A stretch of 63,264 nt of DNA, filler included, from Porpidia crustulata (taxonomy: Eukaryota), in assembly GCA_964255105.1 (NCBI GenBank). It is 5 parts of 5 records of this genome, joined end to end, with 100 filler letters (N's around TTAATTAATTAA, not from the genome) between each part and the next. Parts side by side here need not be neighbours in the genome. Positions count along the whole stretch, not along the records: positions 1 to 12,580 come from CAXUWE010000508.1; positions 12,681 to 25,256 come from CAXUWE010000510.1; positions 25,357 to 37,931 come from CAXUWE010000511.1; 2 more parts are not named here. One strand, 5' to 3'. Both the position numbers and the translations under genes were made by a program. The notes beneath the pieces are model-generated. The model had not been told where the DNA came from and ran no database searches. It was given only the letters and a program-made list of their open reading frames with translations. Position 1 is the first letter of the stretch, and the number at the start of each line of letters is the position of its first letter. This document shows positions 12,364 through 25,358 of this stretch, in pieces.

Positions 12364-12525
12364 ATGTCAACCGACTACTCCAAAAGAAAAAACGTCGAGC
12401 TTACTGAACTCCTTAAATCTCGCTCACTCCCCCACACCGGCAAGAAAGACGAACTCATCGCCCGGCTCCAGGACTCTGACGCCAAAGCCGCTGCCTCTAC
12501 CACCACATCGGCTGCTAAGAAGGAC
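12364..12525 (+). CDS. SAP-domain protein (Tho1/SARNP-like), N-terminal fragment
   Basis: MSTDYSKRKNVELTELLKSRSLPHTGKKDELIARLQDSD is a SAP motif at the extreme N-terminus; truncated by the duplicated segment and the contig end. Confidence 0.8.
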
Positions 12526-12580
12526 GTGTTGATATCGTTGAAGCTTTTAATCACAGAATGGAGAAGCCTGATAAGTGAAG

Positions 12581-12680
12581 NNNNNNNNNNNNNNNNNNNN
12601 NNNNNNNNNNNNNNNNNNNNNNNNTTAATTAATTAANNNNNNNNNNNNNNNNNNNNNNNNNNNNNNNNNNNNNNNNNNNN
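12581..12680. other. artificial contig spacer
   Basis: N44-TTAATTAATTAA-N44, giving stops in all six frames. Confidence 0.99.
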
Positions 12681-14191
12681 GCGAGAAGCCCTGTCTCTGC
12701 ATGTTTGCTGTGAGGTCAAGGGTCCCCTCCTTGGATATCCGTGGGCTATCAGCACGATGGCACCTTTTACAAGCCAACGCAAATCAGCACCATGTCGCCG
12801 AGATTAACTACGATAGTCCTCCGTCTCTTTAGCAGAGGGGATCACGTGGAGGTAAAAATTGGGACAGAGGGGTGTTTTCTGGATTGCAAACGTTCATTTG
12901 TGGTTTTGCAAGAGATTTTCTGTACAAAATGGGCTCATGTAACGTAAGGTCGACGGTGGTAGCTCTTAATCTTGATGGTCTAGTATGATGGGCGCAGATG
13001 ATCAATATACATAGTGATTTGTATCCCCCATTCACAGACCGTTTGCCTCTACTATTCCCCGATGGTCTGCCGCCAAGGAATTGGGCACATCCGCCTGCTG
13101 AGCCTCCACCACTCTCAACCCATCTTGCCCTTGACAAGCCCCTCACCCGTAGCCCTCGGCCAACGCGTAGTGAACTTTGCTTCGTAATCTTCCCCGTATC
13201 TAAGTCTAATGACGGCCATGTGGTAGAGTACAGAAGGGCCACAGTCTTCCATAATCATAGACCTAAAAGTAAAGGCACCGGAAAGGGAAAAGCTGCGACG
13301 ACGCGTCGGAGCGTCGATATAATTTCCATGACGACATGGCCTATGCAATCTAGTCTCAATTCTCCACGCAGCGAGAGGCCCATCGAAGTCCACGGCAGTG
13401 GGTGGTGACGAATTTGCTTCAATGGAAATGAACTCCAAAACGTCGGGCACATTCGGCTCAAAGTAGTCGAGAATTCGGATCGTGGGCCATTGGCCCAATC
13501 CAATGGAGCTTGCAATGGCGGATACTGATCTGTATGACGGTCTCTAAGTAGGTCAAAGATTGTTCGAAAGAAAGGGCATGGAGGAAGGTATTCGGCGTTG
13601 GTGACGTCGAATGTATGTATGTTACTGACATGTCAGACTTGTGTTGGGAGGAGATTTAGACAAATCGACAAAGGGGCGGCCACGTCCGGTATGCGTGGTA
13701 ACAGCCATGACAGAAAAGGCACTGGAAGGAGATTTGATTGGTGTCGATTCGCAGATGAGAACATTTTATGTGGGCTCGCCTTTGAATATTTGAGAAGTTG
13801 CTTTGATCGGTAGGTCGAGAGGACCTTCTCTTGATCATGCATTCAGACCTATTCCTACATGTCAGATGAGCTTGAGGACGCTGACGTAGTGATCCATACA
13901 TTCAGGGGTTTTCAAGTTCTTGCTGGTCATCGATTGGTAACGAGGTGTGTGTGTCCCCAAGCCTTACCTTTTTTTGGCCGGTGGTATGTTTGACTGTCCA
14001 ACAGATGTTTAATTGGCAAATGTGACGTCTGCACGGCTGCGAGAGCCAAGCCGTCAGGGAGACGCCAAGGTCCTGCTACTTGGCTCCTTCGGGGCCATGC
14101 ACGCGTATCTCAGGACGCTAGGACAAATGCTTCCAAACGTCGCCATTGATATCCCGCTCGATTGGAGAGTTCCTTTTCACGACAGTATTGT

Positions 14192-15967
14192 TCAATGCCC
14201 ATCTTCATTGCTACATAATAACGAACTTGCCCTGTCTACCCAAATTACACCGTCGGCCTTCTCTTTGCTGGCTATCCTTATCACACGAGCAGTCTTAGAC
14301 TCCCACGTCTCGCTTTCAGAAGCAGGCTCGATGCTTCTCCCTATAATCCCTACATTTCTTGTGCTTGGTATTCGCAGCATTTCCCTCTCGACCTTGTAAC
14401 CAACACTAGCCGCTAGGTGGGAGACCCACTCACAGAGGCTCGAGTATGCTGATGGTTGTCTCGCTCTAGCCTTGACGCTTAGGCTTTTGAGATCACCAGA
14501 GATAGGCTGCTGATCGTCAATTGATGTGCCAGCGATTGTGATTGGGACATGCTTCAACTTTGTAATGTGGGAAGCAAAGTATGAAGGAGCTAGAACATCA
14601 GCAGAATAATTGTTGAAGGTAGATGGAGCCCGGAAGCGAAGTCCAGAAAGATTGTGTGAGCAACAGGGAATGATAAGGAAAGGAGAAGAGGAGATGGAGG
14701 CGAGGAGAGGCGTCCAAGGAGTGAGCTCGTCAGCGTGGTTCGATATAATAAAGGTGCCAGTAGAAAATATACCATTGTGCCAGATCGGCCCTTCATCAGC
14801 CCCTTTGCTTGCTGATAATATGGCTGATGAGAATTTCGGGGATAGAATGCCGCCATCTGCGTGTGTCGAGTCCGAATATAATTCGAAGAGGGGCTGAGGT
14901 ATCAGAACTAATTGCTTTAGATTTTGTTGAATGGCGAGGTCAAAGGTAGCCCACGTCTTCCGCTTTCGAGCATCGAAGCCCCAGCCATGATAGCCCTCTC
15001 GCAGAAGAACGTCGGTTAGAACGCCATTGCCACAGCCGATATCTACAAACCCCGGAAACCTAGGTTTGCTGGCGTCGTTCTTAGCTTCCCCATACAGGTC
15101 CTTCCACAGCTCTATTAGGAATGCTGCTATCCCCAGATCCTCGAACACATGCTTGCTCGGTTCTGTTTTCTCAACCCAGTTATTACACAATCTTTTCGAA
15201 TGCCTTTGTTTCAATTCCGTGTAGGTATCCTGAACTCGGTGTTGTGAAATCAATTGATCGTGACAAACACGTTTCGTGTAGCCTGCTAAAGATCCTTGGC
15301 CATGTTTATAAAGTGTGGCGAGAAGCTGATGTCCTGTGCGAATGAGCCGCTGTGAGAGCGGAAGTGGCTCGGACTGGAATAGACGGTAATGTAAAGATAT
15401 ACTACCTCGATTCTTACCAGAAAGGTTACAGTCTAGCGCTTCTGGCTTATGTGAAGGTAAGGGCGGCCATGTGTGCAAGTAGGCTAGAGATTGGACTCTG
15501 GGATGATACCAAGGGAGCTCATCTACGCTTTCCGCATGGGGGATGTAAGCAATAAGCGTTTGTTCCGAGCCGTCAGCTTGTTTGGATCGAAGGATTTGAC
15601 ATGTCTGCGCTATTGGCATATCCAAAGTCGGATTGCGTGGGATCATCAGCCGGATAAAGGTCCTCTCCACCTCGAACCCGGGGAACTCGCCATTCTTGAT
15701 GCCAAACTCTGTCAACAGCGACCGGGCGTTAACGGCTTGGGGCACACTCCCAAGCCCGTCGTTGAGGCTATCGTAAAGGATATCGGCTCGGAAGAGAACA
15801 GTGGAGTTGATGTTAGGGTTCCTGATAAGATTGATACTAAGTGCATCGAAGATCTGAGGGGTGAAGTCACAGGCGTGCCAGAGGATTGGCAGCCAGAGTT
15901 CATCTGATAGTGAGTAGAGCTTTTGATTGGCCTTTGTAGTGAGATCTTCTGGTTCGAAAACCGGCAT
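14192..15967 (-). CDS. TRM44: tRNA (uracil-O2'-)-methyltransferase Trm44
   Basis: KHVFEDLGIAAFLIELW, FVDIGCGNGVL, GWGFDARKRKTW, IISNHADELTPW, IPCC and LRIPSTRN motifs. Confidence 0.93.
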   Translation of the reverse strand: MPVFEPEDLTTKANQKLYSLSDELWLPILWHACDFTPQIFDALSINLIRNPNINSTVLFRADILYDSLNDGLGSVPQAVNARSLLTEFGIKNGEFPGFEVERTFIRLMIPRNPTLDMPIAQTCQILRSKQADGSEQTLIAYIPHAESVDELPWYHPRVQSLAYLHTWPPLPSHKPEALDCNLSGKNRGSISLHYRLFQSEPLPLSQRLIRTGHQLLATLYKHGQGSLAGYTKRVCHDQLISQHRVQDTYTELKQRHSKRLCNNWVEKTEPSKHVFEDLGIAAFLIELWKDLYGEAKNDASKPRFPGFVDIGCGNGVLTDVLLREGYHGWGFDARKRKTWATFDLAIQQNLKQLVLIPQPLFELYSDSTHADGGILSPKFSSAILSASKGADEGPIWHNGIFSTGTFIISNHADELTPWTPLLASISSSPFLIIPCCSHNLSGLRFRAPSTFNNYSADVLAPSYFASHITKLKHVPITIAGTSIDDQQPISGDLKSLSVKARARQPSAYSSLCEWVSHLAASVGYKVEREMLRIPSTRNVGIIGRSIEPASESETWESKTARVIRIASKEKADGVIWVDRASSLLCSNEDGH

Positions 15968-16002
15968 GGTGTTGTGCTAAGACCTCCATTAACACTTGGC
16001 TT

Positions 16003-16069
16003 TTCTTGCCGAGCGTGCTATTGGGAGCTAGTGATAGAGCAGTTCGACCAGTGGCATGCTCGGCAAGGA
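16003..16069 (+). other. long inverted repeat / RNA hairpin
   Basis: cttgccgagcgtgctattgg (16005-16024) pairs with ccagtggcatgctcggcaag (16048-16067); all non-Watson-Crick positions are G-U on the + strand. Confidence 0.7.
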
Positions 16070-16419
16070 CTGAGTTTTGTTATCTGATGGGTTCTTTGTA
16101 AATAGGTATCGTAGTTAGATAGTAGTGTATATTTACTCTGTACAAGATTACGAGTAGCGAGAGAAACATTGGATTATTTGTACTCCGAATATAGATAGTA
16201 GATGACTGACAAATCAAAGTCTTGGTGAGGCGTATGCGGAGGACGTTCCTCGCTAAGGAGAGAACTCTCTAGTCAGGCACGGATTCCGTTTGCAAGCTGC
16301 ATGTCCAATTGAGATGTTCCCAGCTTCAGATTCCAGGCACCTGAGTCAACCACATCACCGCAGCCCTTCACCCGTTGTATCTCATACACACTATCGGCAC
16401 GTGGAAAAAACTTATTGAC

Positions 16420-17048
16420 ATGTGGGCGCCGTCTTCAAAAACCGTTGTATCCCACCCATATCCCATCAATGCCTCCGGGCCGCTGTTCTCACCCTCCCTC
16501 ATTTCCCCCGAGGTTGTATCCGCCCTTCCAACAAATTATACAATTCGACCCCTCCAACGCTCCGACTATCAAGCAGGCGTCCTCGATGTGCTCCGTGTGC
16601 TGACGAATGTCGGCGACATCACAGAAGAGGCGTGGAATGAGCGCTTTCACTGGATGGCCAAGAAGGAGGATGAGTATTACATATTGGTGGTATGTAATGG
16701 GGACGGTAAGGTCGTGGGGACTGGGGGGGTGGTTGTAGAGAGAAAATTGTGCGCATACTTGTTACCGCCGTAAAATAGTTGTCAGAGCTAAATATGTATA
16801 GCATCCATAATCTTGGTCTCGTCGGTCACATTGAAGATATCGCCGTTGCAAAAGACCAACAAGGGAAACACCTTGGTCTTCATATCATAAAGGCATTGGA
16901 TCATGTGGCAGAAAAAGTCGGGTGTTATAAGACGATCCTCGACTGCTCTGAGCCAAACGAGGGTTTCTACGTCAAATGCGGCTATAAGCGAGCTGGAGTT
17001 CAGATGGGACATTATTTCGGCTCAGCCTCGTCGAAGGGTAGCCTTTGA
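16420..17048 (+). CDS. GNA1: glucosamine-6-phosphate N-acetyltransferase
   Basis: Exon 1 has YTIRPLQRSDY...DVLRVLT..G. Intron 16749-16801 joins ERKF|IHNLGLVGHIEDIAV...QQGKHLG...GCYKTILDC...FYVKCG. Start codon tentative. Confidence 0.93.
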
Positions 17049-18160
17049 GGATTGCAAGTTACGTGGAAATGGATGACCGATTAGAGGATACTTCCACATA
17101 GACTACATAATGAACATGACAATAAATCCATCCATGTATATTGTACGGCTGATAGCGTGAGTCCTTTATGATTACTTACCTACCTATACGAAAATTTCTT
17201 ACTGCATCCGAATCTACTTTGCATTACCATTAGTCTTGTTCACTATCTCCACAATGCACTTGCCGCTAATAACGACTCCATCCGGCAAACTTGGCCATAA
17301 CTCCAGAAAGGGCATTTGTACTCTATCCCTACTCATTCCTGAGGTGAGCTGAAGTTAAGAAGGTAACCATGAATTCTGGAGCAAAGTCGGCATCGAAGAA
17401 ACTTGAAATTTAGAGCTCGGGATTATTGAAGCATACTTTAAATTCGAGATCTAGCCCTCCCAAAGCCTTTCAGGATGGACCAGGCACGTGAGAAGAAATC
17501 GTAGAAGGAAGCCGTCTGATCCTATAATTGCAGGCTATAATCTGTATGCTGTTAGCGGAGGAGTTGTTAACAGTGAGAAATAAGTACTGTCTTGGCTTTA
17601 AGTTGTGAGACACTAAGAATGGCTAATTGCAGATTGCAGTCGCCGATGAGATCAACAACCAAATCAATATTTCTTTGATAGAATTGAAACTCGTACGTAG
17701 AAAGCCCACCAGCCATTTTTCGGAGCAGATTTCATGGTAGAACAGGCAAAGTGCTGAGAGATGACCACCGAGACTTGAAGTTGAGACAGGACTGAGCTTG
17801 AAGATGGAACTGAACGATAAGATCAAAGCATCATCAATTGACAGACATGCAATTAGTTTCCTAGATCATGGCTAGTAGATCTTGAGACGGATAATTTTCT
17901 GTGTAAGCATCCACAGTTCAAGGTATCCTCCACTGCACTGTGGACAGGATGCATCTAGCGAGACATCCAGACGGAGGTTGGCAGAGAATTAGGTAGTTTT
18001 CGCGCATTTGCCGCGTGGATGACGCCAATACGCGTCAACACTGGTGCATTGGCCTATCAGCTTGTCACAATCCCAATTACGACGTAGTCAGACGGAGCAA
18101 ACTTGGCTTCCTAGAGCGATAAGTCACTGCTTCACTTGATCTCCACTTGCCTCGACTGTA

Positions 18161-19768
18161 ATGCCTCGCCGCAACGTTCAAACACAAGTCAACACTTCTA
18201 AAACTGCTCCTGCGAAACGGGCGCGGTATTTGGCAGAAACGCCTTCCCGTCAGTCGAAACGTATCAAAACCTCTCCGCACGCGTCTGGGACACCCAAGAC
18301 GACGCCAGAGAAAAGCCAGTTCTTCGAGCATCAATCGTCTATCACCGATATAGAATCCGAAATTGACAACGAGGAATCGGGGTATGAGGACGAGGACGCT
18401 TCCGTCAGCGCTGTATCCACCCCACCTGATTCGGACGTCAATGAAGAAGAGGAAGTGGACGATTACTCTTCCGAGGATGCTAGGTCGAAGAAGCGTAAAG
18501 CTCGGAAGAAGGGGAGTAATGCTATTACGACGGTAGTCCCCAAATCGGGAAAGGGGCATGAGTTGTGGAGGCCAGGGGTCAAAACCGACCTGGCGCCAGG
18601 AGAGGCGGTTTTCATCAAGCTACCCAAAGCTAGGGAGCCAGGAAAGACACCGTATGTCGATACTACGATCCATCCGAATACGATGTTATTCCTACAAGAC
18701 ATCAAGGACAATAACGACAGGGAGTGGTTGAAAGGTAAAAAGTCTAATTTCTATGAAGCCCAGAATTTGAGTACATTGCGCTCACCCGCGTTTACAGTGC
18801 ACGATGCGGATTATCGTCAGTCGCAGAAGGACTTCAACAGTTTTGTCGACAGCCTAACTGAAAACATTATTGAAAAGGATGAGACCATTCCAGAACTACC
18901 GCACAAAGATCTTGTAATGCTGCCATGAAAGCCCGTATCAATGTAGAACAATATGTGCTAATTTCCTTACATAGACATTTCGAATATATCGGGACATAAG
19001 GTTCAGTCCGGATCCTACTCCGTACAAAGTGAGTAGTAGACACCAAGCCACATTTCGGGGCGACCAATGTATTTACTAATAATTGCAGACATACTTCTCG
19101 GCCGCTTGGTATGAGTGAGACTAAGATGTATTGTGGCAGCTGCTTACGATACGTACAGGTCGCGAACAGGCAGAAAAGGCCCATATGCAGCGTATTATGT
19201 ACAGATACAGCCAGGAGGTGGGTCTTTCGTTGGCTGCGGGCTCTGGCATCCTGATGCGCAGCCCGTCGCCCTACTTCGACGAGATATAGACAGAAAGTCG
19301 CAGAAATTAAAGAAAGTGCTTCTCGACAAGGCTATCAGGAAAGAGCTCCTCAGTGGAGCACCTGATGATGAGAATAAGGTAGTGAAAGCTTTTGTGGAGT
19401 CAAACAAGGAGAACATGCTGAAGACCAAGCCAAAGGTAAGCAATAGTCTATGCTCGAGTGATAACTTGATTAAACGTCCGTGTAGGGCTACGACGCGGAT
19501 AATCCCAATATCGCTCTTCTCAGATTGCGGAACTATACAATTGGCCGTAGATTGACAGACGCTGAGGTGACTGGCCCGGGAGCCCTGAGCCGAATCACCG
19601 AGCTGCTCGGCGTAATGACTCCTTTCGTAAGATTTTCTCCTCGATCCAGCACTTACAGAATGCTCATATCATCTGTAGGTCACATACTTGAACAGTGTAA
19701 TAATGCCGGATGACGAACCAAGCTCTGACGATGACGAAGAGGAGCCGGAGGAAATTGACGGAGAGTAA
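18161..19768 (+). CDS. DUF2461 (TIGR02453-like) family protein with acidic/basic N-terminal extension, multi-exon
   Basis: FLQDIKDNNDREWLK, FRIYRDIRFSPDPTPYK and RTGRKGPYAAYYVQIQPG motifs across several short GT-AG introns; TAA at 19766-19768. Confidence 0.85.
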
Positions 19769-22700
19769 GTAGTATGTAAGGCCTGGTTGTAAGCATCGAG
19801 AATATTACCTAAGACAGCGTCCGTTCGTCTTCATTAGAAGCGAAGGCGCCTCACAGGCCCAGAAGGGTTATTGGAGCCGGGAAACGAAGGCGTCTAGTCA
19901 TGCGGCTCGTCCCTCACCGCTGCGATACATGCCAAATTCGTCACATGAGGACGAGGACGACGGCGTTTTGATGCGATGCTCCCTTGCTGCTTTATGAGAC
20001 CGCTTTTCACCCTTTCACTACTCAAGCTATAGAAATCAAATTTCCAAAGGAACTTGGAACACAACACCTGCGCGCGGAGAGTAAGGAGCCGTCATCACTG
20101 AGGATACTATTTTCTAATGTCGCCTTACCTGCATATGCTGATGTAGCATATTTGACTTCTACGCCCTCAAGCCTTCCCACGTCGAGGCATGTGGAAATGA
20201 GTGGGCAAATGTTCATTGCATTGAAAGTTCACTTGTTGATGTAACAATGTCACCATTCCATGTAAAAGTATCCTTGATCTCCTAACTTTTGCCCCAAGCC
20301 TGCATTAGCCGAGCCCACAAAACCGTAGCTAAAATTTGCCTTTTGATTTCCGCATCGGTGCTCTAACTCATCCCATAGTACTAGGCAGGTCGTTTGATCT
20401 AGAGCCATTTGTAATGTTGTCGTAACATGGGAAAATCTCATAGTCTCATCCTACGACGATTACCTCACCTTAACCTTGTCCGTTGGCATAGATTGATGGG
20501 CCTCTTTTCCTAAATTAGCCTACATGTGAATTTACTTTCTCCAAAAAGACATATGTCCAAACCTAGGCTGTCTCGGACTGTATCGACCTGCAAGAGCTAA
20601 ACAGCGCACCTTACATGGCGGACCCAGAACCTTTTTGCTTTTTTGGGGACCTCGATGCGTTGTCAGTCTTTTGCAGACAAGGTTGTGTTGTGATTGGACT
20701 TGCATTTTTTCTGCTGCTTTCTATGCCAGAACAATTAATTACAGTGTCTCTAGTTGATAATTTATCTCCGTTTGCTATCCAATCGACCTGGATTACGCAG
20801 TTCCGGCCCGTTGCATCGTGTCCGTGTGGGTTTTTGACTTTAATCTCAAGCTCGCATGTAGATTCGGTCATCTGATCATTGAGCTAGGGCTAAAAGGCCC
20901 AGAGGCACTCAAAAGCGGCCCGAGGTGGCCAAGCCCGCCAAGTACGAGAGTTATTTAATTACCTTTTACTTCCGTAAGGTTTAATTTGGTTTGGTAAGTA
21001 ATCATGGTACGGATCGTCCCCACGTCCATCAAAAATGAAACGATACCCGACATCAGTATATTCTTGTCCTTCAGTAATAATAATGATCAGCAAGTCGCCT
21101 TGTGCAAGCCACCAACCATATCTTGGTTGCGTAGTTCCAGTTTCGGCAACTGTCGCGTTGCCTGCACGCTCGTCGTTCAGCTCGCACGCGAGAGAGGGCT
21201 TGCCAAGGCGTCAAGGAATGGGATATGGTGGTTGTCTATCCGTACTTAGATAAGTTGGAGTGACGATGCGGGACAAATCGATTGTCGAATATGCGCCTAT
21301 GTGCGACTTGAGTCCATGTAGGAAGCGAAGTGCTACCTACCTCAAGGACCGCAGCGAGTACTGATGAGCGAAAGGGTGACGAGGGGACAATAGGATAATG
21401 GCTGTCGTGCAGCTGAGGCTGTGTACTGTCAAACCCATAAGCGCATTTATGGGACCGGGATTCAAAAAAGTATGATTGTGAGGGCGATAGGCACCTCGGC
21501 AAGACGATTCAATTGTTACATAGGCAAGGGGTCTGATCTTGCCTAAGTCGTCCGCCACCACGCCATTGCTGCACCCGGATCTCTTTTCGGCCATCACCGA
21601 GTCAATGATCAAGCAAACGATCAATGGGCACAGCTGGCATTTGCGCATCACAAGACACTGTATGACACCGAGGAACTGTCCCTAATGTATTATTCGTGGG
21701 CTTATTTAACTTCTCGGTGAGTTGCCTCATAGTTGCATTGGCTCGACGCGCCCTGCTACTGCTGTCCTACCTTACCCTATTGTATCGAACCAATACAGCT
21801 ACCCAACCCAATGATGCAGCCTTCCGTCCCGTACTGGCGGGACCACATGGCACCTTCGTGTCGAGCCGTCCATGACATCTGAACCAGCCCAATGGGTCCT
21901 CCTTAATAACATTCATAACAACTGAACGTCCGTGACAGCGTAGCTCGACACCCGCTGATAAGCGACATCCAGCACACCAAATGCTTATATATCTTGACTT
22001 ACCAAGATATTGTTGGACAAGATCATGTTCCACAGCAGATGAAACCTAGACTCGTCCATGATGCAGGTTCTCTCGCGTGACCTCCCTTTACATGCACCAA
22101 ACGGTATGGAAATTGGCTGTCGAACAGACTGGTGTCGCATCGGCGTTCGCTGGTGCTGATGATCTTGCCGGTTCAGTCAGAGACCGTGGTATCTGTAATA
22201 TTAATATTGAATATCACATAATAGGGAGAGTTGGTCGACATGCACAGACAATAGGATAGGCTTGCCAATGTGCCAGTCCCTAGGATTTCGCCATAGCCTA
22301 ATCAACCCAAGGACCAATCTGAAATTGCACTCATACATCGAGGCTCTCCCTAGTTATTAGTCTCTAATGTCGGAAACTGTACAGGACCGTGCCACAGCTA
22401 CAGGCCGATTCCCTGGCCGCGCAAGACACCAGAGCACGACATTCGGTACGCGTGGTAGCGCCTTGTTGTTGTTACCTCCAGCGTCTCCGTGCTGTCTTTG
22501 AAGCCGAAATACGTAGAGGAATGAGCGGAACAGCAGAAGTTACTTCTTGTAAGAATTCGGTTGTCCTCCATGGCCTAAATAGTGAAGGAATTAGAGCAAG
22601 AAACATCGAAACCGTAGAATGGATGGCTGAGACACTGCTGATGAATAAGCCCACGGGAGCGGCGTCATGCGCAGTGGAATATCCTTGCCACACTGTTAGT

Positions 22701-25256
22701 ACTCACAAGCGGCGAGATTTTCAGCACTTGGCAGGCCAGAAAAAACATGGGCGTTTACGGCAAAGAGGGGAACAGTCTTACTGCATATGGAAGCAAATAC
22801 AAGTTGTGACGGGAGGATAGCAGTCGCTTTTGATTCGCCTCATACCCGATAGCGGCCGTAACAGCTGGGTATTCTCCTTGCGTGCCGGACCGATAAACCA
22901 TGCCGACACATCTGACAAACAATGGCAACATCATTTATTGATTAGTATCTACGTGAGAGGGCATGAAACTAATCACGAGTGCTCTAGACACGAGCATTAG
23001 CTTTCATTCGCAAGTTCATGGATCGAACGAGGATAGCATCTGCGCGCTCAGCTCACAGACCCCGAGTTCTTGATTTTGATGACGACTAGTTAACTATAAC
23101 AAGAACAGAATTCGGTGCCACGGTGCCACGGAGGCACGGAGGCACCGTAGTATGAAAAGGGAATCATACTAGGACTGCCATAAATTACAACCACAGCACG
23201 GATCAGCAGAACTTACCGTGGTACCCAATCCTGTATTCAAAGGTAGTGACTGGTCGAGGCAAGCCGGAGATGATGTGTAGCAAAACCACTTTCCCAGTCT
23301 TTTTGATTGTCGAAGCATTACCCTTTACCTGCCATACCTGGCTTATTACTCGTGGATTGCCTAGTCTTAGTCCCATGAGAAGGCGAATACTCTAATCTCT
23401 CATGTACGGGCGGACTTCGCCGGGTCAGCCGTTGCCCCCAACGCAGACTGAATGGGAAAAAGGGGCAGTTTATTGGACTGGGGGGTGTGGAAGATCTTCG
23501 CGCGTGGCAGCCGCATGTACTCCCTCCGCACTAGCAGGAAAAGACTGGACCCCGTGGTTGTTCCACTGTTTCGTCACTGAGCATGAGACATCCACCATCA
23601 CCTCAGGTACGCACCGTGGCACCTAAGATACCTCAATGTCCGCCTACTTCCTATGGTGACCACTACTCCAGAGCTCGGTTCGAGGTATGAGTAAGCATTT
23701 CCTGCGTCAAATGCTCGAAGTCGCCTGACACAGTGTGCAGTCGGTCTTTTCTGCACGTTTAAGAAGCGCACTTTACCTGCGACGATGTTGCTTCTCAATT
23801 ATTATTGCTCCGGCTTCTGCGACAAGATTGGTCATATGATACGGTCTTCCCGCCTTGTCCCAACCCAAGGAAAGCTGATCGGAAGATAGTCGGCGGGGGC
23901 AAATCAGATTGCTCAGACGAGCGGGCTCAGCCTTCATGCATGGATTCCACTTCAACTTGCAGCGGTTCGGGATCGTTCAAGCGAGGGAGCCTGCCACTTT
24001 AACCCTCGAAAGCTTCCCATTCCCCCACCCTGGCCCATGCTACTATTGAAATACGGTCAGACGGTAACAACGGTAGCGGTAAGACAGTAATACATCTAAC
24101 CTAGGCTGATACGACACCTGTAACGCATTTTTGGGCTGAGAACTCACGTCGCACAGACTCTCCTATACCGACTTCAACGCCGACTACGAAACCAGACCTG
24201 TCGTAATCGCGTCAGCTGGCTGCTTGCATCTCCCGCATCTATCGCTACCGAAGCAGCGAGCAGTGACAGCAGCAGAAAACAGCAACCGCAGAAGAGTGGG
24301 TACATGTCACCCTCAGCCTCAGTGTTGGATTTCTTGATAGGCACATGCGATATCTGGCTGCTTACCCATCCAGCCTACGGTCGCGTCCTTTTTTGGGACT
24401 GCATTTGCCATCCCTCGGTCATCGAGGCATTTGATACGCCGCGTATGTACAAGGTATCTAAGAGAACCACAAACACAGTATACAGGCATGATCCCCTTCA
24501 ACAGACGATCTGATGGACTGCGTATTACAGAATCAGCACCAGCGGAACGATTGGCTGGGTGGGTATAACCGTAAGGTACATAGATCCGTAATCTATATCG
24601 ATGATCAACCGCCCCTACCGCAAGCATGCAGGTGACTGATTACAGCACTACTGTACTTGGAGGGTACGAGGATTTCTTACTTGCGGCAGTCGACGGAACG
24701 GGACACCTGGAAGTATCTTTCAGTTTCATAGCGTGGGATTCTCGTGACTAGTTTGAACCATCATTAGTACTGCACTTCATTATTGTAGTGTGTACAATAC
24801 TGTTCGTATTTGCTCTATCTCTCCGGCACATTGTGGATAAAGAGAACAACCGTAGAGTCCCATATCCCAAGAAAAACCACCCTTCTTGTGGTGTATTTCC
24901 ACACACCTTGTTAGCGAGTAATTATCGGTATATAAACGACGTAATGATTGTAGCCTAGCAGTATTAGAAGTGTGGACGAGACTTGGCTTAGGCTGGCGAC
25001 TAGTATGGGGCAAGGGAGGCGACTGGGATTAAGAAAAAGGTTTTACAAGCCCGTAGGGTGACTAGGGGGGGTTGAGTGGGACAGTGGGAGGAGTGGGCCG
25101 TTCTGCCACATAAACCCAACTACCTAAGCACCCCAGCACCCAAGCACCGGCTTCTTCCCAACTTTCTCAATTTCAAACACAGGAGCAAGCGATCTAAAAT
25201 ACCGCGAGCCACCCAGCTGGGTCCGTAATTCACAAAGTCCCTACCCACCACATACC

Positions 25257-25356
25257 NNNNNNNNNNNNNNNNNNNNNNNNNNNNNNNNNNNNNNNNNNNN
25301 TTAATTAATTAANNNNNNNNNNNNNNNNNNNNNNNNNNNNNNNNNNNNNNNNNNNN
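25257..25356. other. artificial contig spacer
   Basis: N44-TTAATTAATTAA-N44. Confidence 0.99.
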
Positions 25357-25358
25357 GG

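Noticed and set aside
12625..12636. TTAATTAATTAA repeated four times at ~12.7-kb spacing
   Set aside because: Artificial six-frame-stop linker inside N runs, not a biological repeat.
12741..13515. Overlapping 70-137 aa ORFs on both strands
   Set aside because: No recognisable motifs and no convincing splice model. It may be a gene fragment at the contig edge, but I cannot support a call.
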